A stretch of DNA of 64,000 bases, taken from Moniliella sp. 'wahieum' (lineage: Eukaryota). The position numbers were made by a program, and so were the translations under genes. The notes under the pieces were generated by a model, which was not told the origin of the DNA, searched no databases, and saw nothing but the letters and a program-made list of their open reading frames with translations. Shown here piece after piece: positions 13,336 to 25,378 of the stretch. Location of the stretch: the NCBI GenBank assembly GCA_003971905.1, contig RSEE01000107.1:62001-126000 (forward strand). The letters are read 5' to 3'. How positions within the stretch are numbered: position 1 is the first letter of the stretch; every line of letters begins with the position of its first letter.

Positions 13336-13840
13336 TAACGGATGCGTGCTGCACCCGCTTCCTAAATCAAAAACCTCACTTTCTCTGTCCAACCGGCCTC
13401 GGCGCCTCGGCCTGGCGCGCGACAAACCCGCACCAAAAACATATGCTTGTCTTCCTTCTCTTGTATTCGAATCTTCCTGCACCGCATTTCTGTTGCTCGT
13501 CGTGCTGCTCTCGCTGGAGGGGGGGTAGTAGGGAGGGGGAGGGGAGGGAGGTAGGAAGGTAGTGGACAGCCGCTTGGTTAGCAGAGCAAGGACAGTGAAT
13601 GTTGAATGTTGAAAGTTGCAGCATGCCCTTGATTGCCACCGACAGGGCAGTTGCACGAACGGGCACTTAATTTTTTGGCTGCGAGCGGAAGAAGCAGCAG
13701 GAGATTGGGCGCCCAGGCAGCCGCCGGCGCGCCAAGCACCGAGCACAGCAAGAAAGAAGCACCGAAGCAACTCGTCCGCCTCGCCGCCTCGCCCGCCCCG
13801 ACCAGCTCTCCCACCACCCGCAACCAGCTCAGCACCTTAC

Positions 13841-16800
13841 ATGCTGCCCTTGACTCGTCCGCACGCGACGACGGCTGCGTGTGCCCTGCGGGTGCACTTC
13901 GGCCTCCCCGCGCTGCTGCGCCGGCCGCTCCCTCCGCTGCCGCTCGCGGTGGCGGGACCGATGTTGGTGCGTGGTGCGCGGACCCGTGCCCTCCCCGCAC
14001 CCCCTCCGGCGCGACGGCCGAATCGTTGAAGCCGCCAGAGCGGGAGCACCGTAAAGGCCGCAGCTGGGATCCGGAGCGCAAAGCCAAATCGCTCAAGGAA
14101 GAGTTTGATCCGATGAACGACCGTTCCTACCGCATCTTCAAGGAGCGCGAAGCCAAGCGAAAAGAGAAAGAGCGTACGCGCCGTGCACAAGCAGAATTTG
14201 AAGCGGAGATGCGTGGTGATCCGACGCCCGAGGGATTTGCCCGTGCCAAAACCATCAAGCAACGCAAGATCCAAGTGAGACGCCGACGGGACGAATGAAA
14301 ATCATCCCTTCGGCCGCTAGCTTTGCCAAAATTGGAGTGAATGCCAATTTGGCCGGAGTTCTGACGCAGCGATTCCCTTCCATTCGTGCCCCCACGCCTA
14401 CCCAGGCAGTCTTGATTCCGTCCATGATGTCCCGGCCTCGGTCGGACCTGATCTTGCGTGCGCAGACGGGGAATGGGAAATCGTTTGGCGTGCTACTGGC
14501 GCTCTTCGTCGCAGCCGCGGCTGAAGCTCAAGACGACACTAGGAGGCCGGCCGTTGGAACAGCGACTGGACAAGTCGTGGGACCGGTCACAAGCGCGTCG
14601 TGGCATGGAAGGCGTACGAGCCACTCGGGCGGCGGCTCACGTGGCTCGGATGGAAGGAGCTAAACGAAATCCGATGGTACGGTAGGGAAAGCCGAGGCGT
14701 CCGACCCGTCGGTGCTGACCAAACCGGCCGTGTCGGCACTAATCATTGTACCAAGCAACGACCTTGCGTTCCCCGCGATTGGGCACGGCACGTGCTTCCC
14801 GATCCCGAAAGTTCTTTCCAAGCGCTGGCCCGATCTTGCAAGTGTTGGTGCGCAAGGATCCGGCGGACCGACGCAGAGCAACTTGAAGCGCTGCGCAACA
14901 CTCCGCCGCACGTGCTGGTCGCCACGCCCGGTCGGCTACGGGAATTCTAGACGACCCGCACCTTCCTGTGGGGGGGGCCGTAGTTAGGACTGCGGACTAT
15001 GCGTACGCTCGTGTTGGACGAGGTGGCGCGCTGTTCCAGTTGCCTGGCCGGTACCGACCGAGAAACAAGTGTGGCAGATGGAGCAGCATCCGCCTGTCGG
15101 TCTATCGGTGATGAACGATATTATGCGCCTGCGTCCGACCATGTCGGGTGGAGCGGGCTGGTCCGGCGCCGGGCTGGAAAAAGATGAATCGGTATGACAA
15201 TGAGTCTCGTGCGGTTCCGGTGGAGGGTACGTGGCAAAGTGCACCAAGGTACGCGTCGTGCGCTGAGCAAGCACTTGTATGCTTACGCCGTTGCCACGCA
15301 GTGTGGTGGACCAAAAGGGTGTGTTTATCCCGCCTTGCAACTGATTGCGATTAGCGCGACGGCCAATCGGTGTTGCGGCACTTTTTCGGTGGTCGAACGG
15401 GCTGGTTGCGAATCGGACAATTGGAACGCGGACGGTTCACCGGCCAATGGGTGACTTGACTTGACGGGCCATCACGTTGCGTCTGGATGCTGGTAAGGAC
15501 CGACTTGAGTCGAGGTCTGGGCAAGCTGGAACCGTCGGTTCGGATTGCGTTGGAGGTGGGATCGATGCCCAAGGAAATTGACCACTACTGTTTGGTCGTG
15601 GACGAGGTGCGGAATGGCAAAACGGCCAATACAGTATCGACCGAGCCGAACCAGACGCCGTTGCCCGGGTTGAGGAATATGTACCTTCGTCCCCATCTGT
15701 TCAATAACGACCGTCAGTCCCATGGCCAGTTTGAGTCGATCGACGAATGGAAAGCGCCGCCTACGGACGAGTTTATGGAGGAGAAGCAGCGTTTGCCCAC
15801 GCGGACCAAAGGGGTGGAGGAGGACGTGCCGTCATCGATCCGGGAGGCGTCGACGCCCAAAGCGGTTCTGGCCTACCGCGCTCCCGAACCTGCAATGGAC
15901 TACGACTTGGTCGAGGCAGCAGCGTTTGTGCATGCGTCAGTGGCCTCGGGGCACGCGGCGGTGCTCATCCCGGGAGGCTGGTCGCAGCCCAAGGTGATCC
16001 AGCACTTGCAATCGCTGGGTGTGCCTGCGCAGGCGTACCTGCCGTGGATGCCGGCGGACGCGTCAGGGGAGCGGGTGGCGAAGGCGACGCAGTCTCCGTT
16101 GGAAGCTGGACCTTGGTCCAAGAAGAACAAGAAGAGTCGGGTGTATGTCCTGACTGCCGATCAGGCGCGTGGGATCCACATTCCCGATCTAAGCCAAGTG
16201 TTTATTCTTACGGTGGACGCAGTCAAGTCCGCGCCCAACTATACGCATCTCGCTGGCCGTGCTGCGCGGTTGCGTACTGCGCACAGTTCCGAGGTGCACC
16301 CTGCCGCGCGCGAGGCGGAGAAGAAAGCGAAAAAGAAGAAGCAAAGGCAAGTGGCGGCTTGGACAGCGAAGGTCTCGACGGCCCGTCCCCTGTTGCATTT
16401 GGTCGACCGGGCGCGCAAGTGTTCACCATCATGCGTGGTGTGCCAGCCAGTGCGCAAGGCTGGACCGAAGACCAACGGCTGTACAACCCAGCCCCGAATG
16501 ATCCCACTGTGATTTCAACGGAGGAGCTACGGTTTGGTGGGATCCTGTCTACGTTGCAGGTCAAGCCCAAGGTCTTCCCGCTGGCCGATCCCAATAGCGT
16601 TTCTGAGGCGGAGACGAGCAAACCTGCTGCGCCGAAGCGGAAGCCGAAACCGACACGGACGCCAGCTGAATCGGCGCTCTTTGACTCTCTCGATGGGGAA
16701 GGTGAAGATTCCGACCGGGTGTACGACATGGACGACTGGGAGGACGAGTCGTCCTGGGAGACCGAGGAGATGAGCGAAGAAGACGCGGACAAAGCGGCGA

Positions 16801-17252
16801 TTGCAGCGCACTTGGAAGCGCGTCGTCGTGCGAAAGAAGAGCTCGAGGCTGAGTGAGATGGAAGGCGAGTCGCGTAAGCGCGCTCGGTCCGCCGCGGCCA
16901 AACGCTTGGCAGCCGAGGAAAAGAAGTACCATGAGCAAGGTCTGGAGCCTGGCACGGAAGAAGCGGAAGAAGCTGAGTGGGGCAACGATGAGCCTCCGAT
17001 CGAGTTTGATGCGTCGGAGGAGCCTGTGCTGGGCAGGTTTGACTTTGGTGCGGCGATGGGGGGGTGGAGGGGGTGGATGGGGTGGATGAGTCTGCTGCTG
17101 CTTCTGCCGACTCGGCGGCCGAGCCGGCTTGGGATTCGGACTCGGATGCGGCTTCCGAGGCTGCCTCTGCGTCAACCCCTGCGGCTCCCAAACGGAGACG
17201 TCGTCGGTCCGTGTCGGCCATTGCCTCTCTGGAAGCGGCCCAAAAGGCGTGA
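13841..17252 (+). CDS. DEAD-box RNA helicase, probably mitochondrial
   Basis: Presequence-like MLPLTRPH..; Q-motif PTPTQ; motif I AQTGNGKS; Ia IIVPSNDLA; Ib VATPGRL; II LVLDEV(D); III ISAT; V ARGIHIP; VI HLAGRAAR; acidic tail. Joined across many frameshifts, so both ends are uncertain. Confidence 0.8.
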
Positions 17253-20200
17253 CGGAAGCTCAGTACGCTCCGCTAGCCCGATCGATCGTTCTGCACCACT
17301 TGCCTGGTTCTCCCCTCTTTGCATCTACTAGGATCACTGTCGTACCAATTCTTCCCATATCTACCCCACTCAATCAGGACTCCGGACTGTGTACTCTACT
17401 CTGTAGTAGCTGGGAGAGATAGGCGCGCGTGGGATGGTAGGCTACTGTGCTCCCCAGCGAGCTTAGAAAGACGGACACGGAGTATGGCGAGAAGGGACAT
17501 CGAGTGGTAGGACGTTGATGCTGAAATGAGCGCTAAGCCTCAACATCAACCTATAGTACGCAGCATGAGTTGGAAGCGAGGGAAAACATCGTACCTGTTC
17601 ATCGACATGAAGCCCTCGGGCAGCCTCAGGACAAGAAGAGGCTGTACTCGGACCCCAGACTATAGTAAGGCCTCCGGAATTAGCTTCAATAACTGTGGCC
17701 GACCCGTGACCCATGTGAGCTACCCCACCAAGGTTGTCCCGTGGAAAACGCACGGGGCACGTACTTCGAGTACTCGACTGAGTACTTCTTTCGGTCCTGT
17801 ATACAGTGTACTGTGGCCCGCAGAAGATGGGAGGTGTGTTTCAGCCTCCTGTGGTGCTACAGTACCACAACCAGTAGTACTAGTAGTAGTGTTCACCAAG
17901 ACCACTGTTTATGCATGCGACACATAACTTTCGTGCAGGATGTCCCTGTGCACAGGTTATAGTAGGCCAGCTTACGCCAGAAGGTTAGGCTTCAAGGGGT
18001 ATCACGCACACCCTTGCCTCGCTCTTATTCTGAACGTGTGCACCGAGGCCGTTCACGTTCATCAGCCAGTGGCTGGTGAAATATGATGGCTAGGTACTAG
18101 CGAGTACCTGAGTATACAGAGTAACTGTAACTGTGAGGGCTCCTGAGCTCGCAGATCTCAGATCTCAGACTGAATGTAACATGTAACGAACCATGATGTC
18201 AGCACAAAAGCCAGTAACGCGTAACGGAGTAACGGAGTAAGACTACTTCGTAAGTAGTAAACGTTAAACGAGCCCCCCTGAAGCTTGAAGTCTGCAGGCT
18301 GAGCGCTGAGTAGACCTGAGATACTGAGACCTGAGGCTCAGGATAACCCCTTTGGACAAGACGCTACCGGTGACGGCTTGTAACATGTAACGGTGGCGTG
18401 CTTTTAGGAAGCGGTGGATCTAAGGCAGTAGTTGTGGCAGGCTGTGATGCATGTGATGGCACTGGTACGGACCGTACGGACCGTACTGGTGCTGACCCCC
18501 AAGCATTATTTCCGTAGTACTCATGCACCGGTACGTATCATAAACGTCCGTCGAGTACATTGAGTACTCAACTGAATATGGAGTACTCCTCCGCCAGTAT
18601 ACCGACACGGGAAGTGCACGAAAGGAGCGCGTATAAGTGTGTGCCGGACGCGAAGGATGAAAATTGCGGGATGTGAAAAAGCCTTCGGGCGGGAGGATGG
18701 GATGATGATGTCGATGATGCTCTATGGTCCAAGGCGCACATGTGGATGGACATACGACGTTGAGAAGTATGCCGACTTGCCGTGATGCGCTAGAGTCAGT
18801 ACTCAACGTCTTCTTACTGCACTGAGTGCGTAGTAGCGTAGCCTTGGCATTCGTCCTTCTTGTTGGCCTGGGCCTGAAGAATGAGATGGGAGAGGTGGGA
18901 TGGGCGATTATCGATCAATCGATAATGAGCGATGAGATCGATGAGACATGAGAGAGTGCCTAGAGAATGGGCGCAGCGACTAGTGACTCCAAGGCTCGTG
19001 CTCTTTGGCTCGTCGTTCGGCCGTCATTGAAAAAAAAGGTAGGAAGAGGACGCTATGCTCGCCACTCCATCGACTCTACTCTTCAGACTGAGTATACTGA
19101 GCACTGCAGTAAATTTTTTGACGGCTGAAACTGGGTGTGGATGATCGATCTGATCGATGACGGCTATCATGCATCATGCATCACCGATCCTCAATTGGAT
19201 TTTTGGTAGGCAGCCCACTGAGCGCAGGGCCAGACCTGGTCCGTCGGGGTCTCCCCATGTCCCCGCAGAACGTGTCGCCCCTGGGGCTGAGGCCCTGAGG
19301 CGTCTGAGGCTTCCAGCTTCACGCTTGAATGATGAAGGTATCGAACGCGCTCCCCTGCTGCCGCGGAGGAGGCCGGAGCCAAATGGCCATGGCGCAGGGT
19401 GGTATAATTAAGGTCATTACGCGTAACGTATTCCTTAATCATTCTGCGCCCGTTGGCGTCATCGACGTGATGCGGGCCGAGGTGCTGACGATGGCAGTAG
19501 GTGACGCGTGGGGCAGTGGCTAGTGGCGAGCAGAAGGCCCACTGCAAAACAGCAGGCCAAGCCCCACTCCAAGGAGAGGAACCGATGACGCGGATGACGA
19601 TGACGCCGACGCCCCGGTTGGGCCATGGCTGCGGGGATGCCTGCGATGGGATGGCTGCGATGGGCTGCCTGTGCTGCGGTAGGGGATATAGCAGTCAGCT
19701 AGTCACTAGCCAGGTACGGCCTGGGAATGGACGCTGGGCCTAGCTGGGGCGCAGCCACTAGCCAGATCGCATGCTCAACGAGGCGGAAGCGATGGCGTGC
19801 TGTCGTCTGGCCGGCAACCCTATTCGTGTAAGGTGGTCGGGCGAGCGTCTTGTGGGTGATGCGGTGATGGGGGCGGGCGTGGCGCGTGAGGCCCTGAGGA
19901 CACAGGACGGGGGGAGGCACTCGGGAACGAGGGAGCTGGCAAGAGGCGAGCGGAAGGCCGTCGGGGCCCGTCGGCCGTAGAGTGATGGACTGGCGAGCAG
20001 GTACGTACCCTGTGCGGAGGGACTAGGGAGGCATGATGATGATGGATACTGAATGGTTCGGCGTCACATTCATGAGCAGGCTTCCAGTGGTAGCCCAAGG
20101 CACGGAGGTACTGCGATGGCCATCCTCTGCTGCGCGCTGCGAGCGCTGTGTGCTGGGCCGCCCCCTCCCCGCCCAAGGCGCGGGAGAGGGCTGGGATGGG

Positions 20201-20672
20201 GTAGTCGTCCGTGGCGCTCGGGAGCGCAGCGCAGTACGCCGCTTGCTGGATCTCGTCACCGTGAGCGTGAGCGTGAGCGTGGCCAGTCATGCATCCGCCA
20301 CCCCCCGTTTGTCCAGCAACGGCAACACCGCCCGCGCCCAGCCCAGCACGCAACGCGCGTCCCATCCCGCCCCCGTGCCCCCCCGTGCCTCCCATCCCGT
20401 CTTGCCTTTCGTCCGACCCTCGCCCGCTGGGTGTGTACTGGGTGTATATTGTGTACACGGTAGCGCCCAGCGCCTACCGCGCACCGAGGCACCCGCCATT
20501 CTTAATCCACCAACAATCCTCCTCTTGCCAGCCCTCTGGCGTCACGCGCCACCTGTCTCAGCCTGCACGCCAACCGAATTTTGCCCCATCCTCCTCATAT
20601 ACCCCTCCCCTATCTGCCTTTGTTCCGCCACCCCCTCTTCTTCTCGCCTTTCTTGCTCTTCTGCCCCACCAC

Positions 20673-22680
20673 CATGCCCCCTCCTTCCCACTCCCCCCCC
20701 GACGTGGATGCGGTGTCTGCCGTGTCCGCCGCTGCGCCCACCAAGCTCTGGGTGAGTTTAAGAAACAGCAGGATGCGCTCAGTGCGTCCGAGCAAGGTGA
20801 GGTGCTTGTGGATGAGAAAGCGGTGGGCTCGCACGAGTCGCTCGAGGCTGGGTACATTGATACCAAGGGGCTGAGTGTACTGCAAGTGACTGGCTTGCTG
20901 TTTGGGGAGATGGTACCCTTGGCCATCTTATCTGTGCCAGCGTCGTTTGCCAGCACGGGGTTTGTGGGCGGACTGTTGATTGTGTTTTTGGTCGGCGTGG
21001 TCAACCTCTACACGAGCATTGTCTTGTGGCGATACTGTTTAGCCCATCCAGATCAACTTAACATTGCGGATATTGGCGCGCATATCTTTTCCTTTGGACG
21101 CGGCTACAGCCGCTTCGGATGGTGGCTCGGATTCAGCATTCTGACCATCAACAATATCTTTATTATGGGTAGGTCCCTTTTGTCTTATCTACACCATCCA
21201 TTTCCCACTCCCCACTCCCCACTAGCCACGCTGCTTGCGCCGTCCGATCTCAGATGGCGTGGCAGGCCACCCCCAAATGGTGCATTGTGGGATGCTGACT
21301 GGTAATTTTCTTCTTCTTTTCCTTGTCCTGCTCAGGCTTCCACACGCTCACGGGGAGTGAGATCATCAACACCCTTTCGTTCCATCCTGGTGGTGGCTGG
21401 TGCACAGTGGCGATCAGTGTGTTTGTCATGATCGCCTGCATTCTCGGCACGTTGCCACGACGATTCGGTCACATTGCCACCATGGGCGTCATCTCTGCTT
21501 GTACGTTTTGTTGTGTTGTCTCCCTATCGGGACGAGTAATTGGGTTTCCCTTTTCCCTCCCCTCCCCTCCATTCTCTTTTTTGTTTTGTTTTGCCTTTCC
21601 GTCTCGCCCTGCGTCTTTGGGATGATGAACGACTGACAGTAAGGCGATGGAAGCGTGCATGGGCCTGTGTATGCTCCTGACGATGATCTTTGTTGGGATC
21701 CAGCACCAACAACCGGCAGCCAAGCCGCACGGGGAGAAGGTGACTTTGACGGCGGTTGCGCCCAAAGGGACGAGTTTTGTGCACGGCACCAATGCGGCGA
21801 TCAACATTGTATTTTTGTGGGTGGGGCAAGTGATCTACCCGTCGTTTATTGCCGAGATGAAGAATCCACGGGAATTCCCTAAAGCGTTAGCAGCGTTGAC
21901 GGTTGCCGAGTTTCTCATGTTTGCCGGGGTCGGCGTGTTTATCTATACGTTTTCAGGCCAGTACTCGTCCCAGCCTGCGGTGGCTATCATTCGAGATGAA
22001 ACACGCAAAAAGATCGCGTTCGCATTCGCTTTCCCGCCTACCATCTTGATTGGGATCATCTATGCTAGCGCTAGTGCCCGTTCTATCTTTGCCGTCTTTT
22101 GCATGGCACCCACCACTACAACCACCACACCAAATTGTCCTGGCTGGTCTGGACCGCGATCATTGTGGCGATTTGGGTGGTTGCCTGGATCTTGGGCAAT
22201 GCTATCCTTCGTTTGGTGATATTGGTACGTTGGCTTACCTCTTTCCTCTTTTCTCTTGCTTTGCCATCCCTCGTATCTCCCTCTGCCTGTCTATGTCACT
22301 GCACGCACCCAGTCCGATCGTGAGAACTAACACAGCTATCCTACTTTCTACCCTACCTCCTACCCTACCCCATCCTATCCTACCACCCAACCTCAACGCA
22401 CTCCACCTCGCACCTTTTAGTATCCTTTACCTCGGCGCTCTGTGACTCGAGCATGGGGTACATTTTCTGGGCATTGGCCTACTTTGAGCTGTACCGTGGC
22501 CGGCTATGGAAAGGTCAAGGATGGTTGCGTCGGGTAGAGACGCTGTTCAACGCGGCTCTTATCCCCTGTGGATTGTTCCTCCTTGGCCCTGGTCTCTACA
22601 CCTCGATCCAACAGATCATTAACGATTACAATGCCTCCGCACACAACGACCCCTTCACCTGTCGCCGCAACAACGTTTGA
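20673..22680 (+). CDS. AAAP-family (Aa_trans, Mtr-like) neutral amino-acid permease
   Basis: LLFGEMVPLAILSVPASFASTGFVGG, NLYTSIVLWRY, IADIG, YPSFIAEMKNPREFPKAL, many TM segments, C-terminal PFTC. Introns at about 21169-21335, 21501-21640 and 22225-22420. Confidence 0.9.
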
Positions 22681-23499
22681 GCCGCAAGCGTCAACCTTGA
22701 TCCCAAGAGGGGATCAGTAACCCGGATCGCATGCCGATGCGGCCTGAGGGCAGAGCCGTGCTCAAGCTGCGCTCAAGTGTGCGGGTGGAGTTTTCTTGTG
22801 CTATTATTTCTTTTTGTTGGGCACCGCGGTGGCGCTGTGCTCGACTGGACTGGATGGATGCAAAAAAAAAACAGATATTCCTTTGGATGGATCCCATAAC
22901 CCCAACCCGGCGCCTATGTGCGTATCTGAGGGGCATCGGTGACGTTAATGATGATGGAACATGGACGTGAGCATGGACGTGAGTCTGGACCATGGAGCAA
23001 GAGTAGGTGGGGGTGGAGGATGGCGTTGGATGGCGTGGGGCCGCTGGACACTGCGATGGCTCGGTTGGGATTGGGATTGGGATGGGCCGAGGGCTATGGT
23101 TAGGTTAGTGGGGGGTTACAACAGCAGGCGGAATGGGCGGAACGAGCAGGAGGGGGCTGAAGCTGATCGAGTCCCGATCGATCATCTCTTATCGATTGCC
23201 GCCGTCAGAGCCAAGGCTTAGGGTTAGGAGATCGTAGTGCGGGACAAGGCGCCATGGTCTGGTCCGCACGGCGGCAGTGTGCCCCAGGCCACGCCAGGCC
23301 CAGGCGCGGCGTGTGACGTAATCCCTCCGGCCGCCAGCCCAAGGCACGGGGGCAGCCATCCCATCCCATCCCATCCCATCGCGTTCATTCCCGTCCCATC
23401 CCGCCCTGCCCGCTGGCCCACGGCGAGATAGATAGATAGCCAGTCCCAGCCCTCCCTCCACCCTCCTCCTCCTCCTTCTCCTCTCCTCCCACCCCCACC

Positions 23500-24353
23500 A
23501 TGAAACTCCCTACTGTTGCGCTTCTCTCTCTCTTGCTCGCCAGCGCCTGCACCGCCCTCCCATCCAGCTTGTCCTGGGCGATCCGCATGCCTCCCCGGAC
23601 CACACCCTCGATCTGTTGCCCCCCGACGCTCTCTCGCTCAAGATCACCAAGCTAGCCGACACGGCTGAGGCTGCGGCTGCAGCTGCAGCTGCTGCGTCAG
23701 CGGCGGGTGCGGCGGCGGATGGAGCACTAACGTCGGACGTGCACGTGGCTGAGAGGGAGGAGGGTGGGTGTGGCAGTCGTGTGGCCTGGATGCGGATGTG
23801 GTGCGGGTGGACCGGGTGGATGTGGTGCCGGACCCGCCGCAGTCGGGACAGAACATGACGGTCAAAGCGGCCGGGCAAGTCAAGGCGGATGTGGACGTAC
23901 GTGTACTACTATCTCTTTCTCTTTCTCATTTTCCTTTCCCTCTCCTTTCCCTTTCTCTTTCTCTGTTTTTCTTTCTTCTTTTCTTCCTTCTGCTTTACGT
24001 TTGCTTGGCGCTTTGGTACGGAGGGCGGGCGTGTGCCGCACGCCGTCGAACATCGAACGTGGATGGAAGCTAACCCTTGTGGACTGTGTGCGCAGGACGG
24101 ATCGGTGGTGGACGTGGTGGTCAAGTGGGTTTGATCCGGCTCTTGTCGAAACGATTTGATCTGTGCGAGATTGCACGGAGAATGATGCGCAGTTGCAGTG
24201 TCCGTTGGAGCCGGGGTACTATGAGATTGAGCATACGGTTCAGCTCCCGCGTGGCATCCCGCCCACCAAGTTCAACGTGCACCTGACGGGACTGTCACAG
24301 ACGACCTCGACTTGCTCTGCCTCGACTTGAGCATCGATTTTGGTCGTCATTAA
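23500..24353 (+). CDS. NPC2: ML-domain phosphatidylglycerol/phosphatidylinositol transfer protein (NPC2 family)
   Basis: Signal peptide MKLPTVALLSLLLASACTALP; WQSCG..VDVVPDPPQSGQNMTV; intron 23897-24095; VVVK.GLIRLL..FDLC..CPLEPG..VQLPRGIPPTKFNV..LLCLD. Confidence 0.9.
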
Positions 24354-25378
24354 CTGAGAACGATCCGGTTCAAGGGTCTTCCCCCCTCGTCCCCCTCGTT
24401 TCCCCATTCCCTATTCCTTCCCCACCCCCCCGCTCCCCCCGGCTGTCTGCCCACCTACTACGTCTCCAATTCTGCTTCGCATGGCCCTATTGTGGTCTCT
24501 GTCGCCCCCAAGTCTTGTGCTCACTTCCAACATGTCAACATGTCTCAACCTGTCTGCTTCGCCTTCACCCCCGTGCTGCTTGTCCTGTACCTTTTACGGT
24601 TCTTAGTTTTACGTTGTAGGAAAGCGATGCCCCCCCTGCTCGGTGAGGCTTCCAGACGCCGTAGGCACAGATCGCGCGCGTGGGTACCTACTCTATGTTT
24701 TTTTGTCTCCGAGACCTGAATTTAGGCCTGCAACAAGCTTCAAACCTCACCTGAGGCCTGAGGGCGTCACCTCGCTTGTCTCTTTCGTACCCCTTGTGCG
24801 ATCCAGACTACCAATCTGCATCACGGGGATGCGTCACTGCTGTTGCGGTACGGGCAACGCATGGGTTGTCTCTTGTCTCTCTTGTCTCTCTTGTCTCGTA
24901 GTAGTGGGTAGTGGTCGTAGGTCCGTACGCAGCCAAGCTGGAGGAGTGTACGACGAAAACATAAAACCTACGGCTGGGCTTCAGCTTCAAGCTTCAAGAC
25001 AGAATCAGACATGGTGCATGATGCATGATGCATGAGTACTGCGTTTCAGATCTTACTGCGACCAATTAATGACGAGGGTGACTGGCATGACTCAGCCAGC
25101 ACCCTCTTGCGCTTCGATTTCAACATTCAACCTTGAAGCCATGCAGATTCGGCGCTCTTTACGCCCAGTTTAACGTTTAACTCGCAGCCGTTGAATTTGA
25201 CCCCGACCCGCCACCCTCCTCCCCCTCCCCCTCACCACCACCTCCCCGCCCTCACAGCCAGCTCCACCTCCACCTCTCGACTGTATCCTGCTACCCTCCA
25301 TCTCAGCTCTTCACTCTCCACTCTCACCTCCCACCTCTCAACCCCCACCTCTCAACCCCCACCTGCCATCTCACCGCA

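Noticed and set aside
17400..20200. Transposon or gene in the long region upstream of the permease
   Set aside because: No transposase/RT motifs, LTRs or terminal inverted repeats seen; the ORFs are short and unrecognisable.
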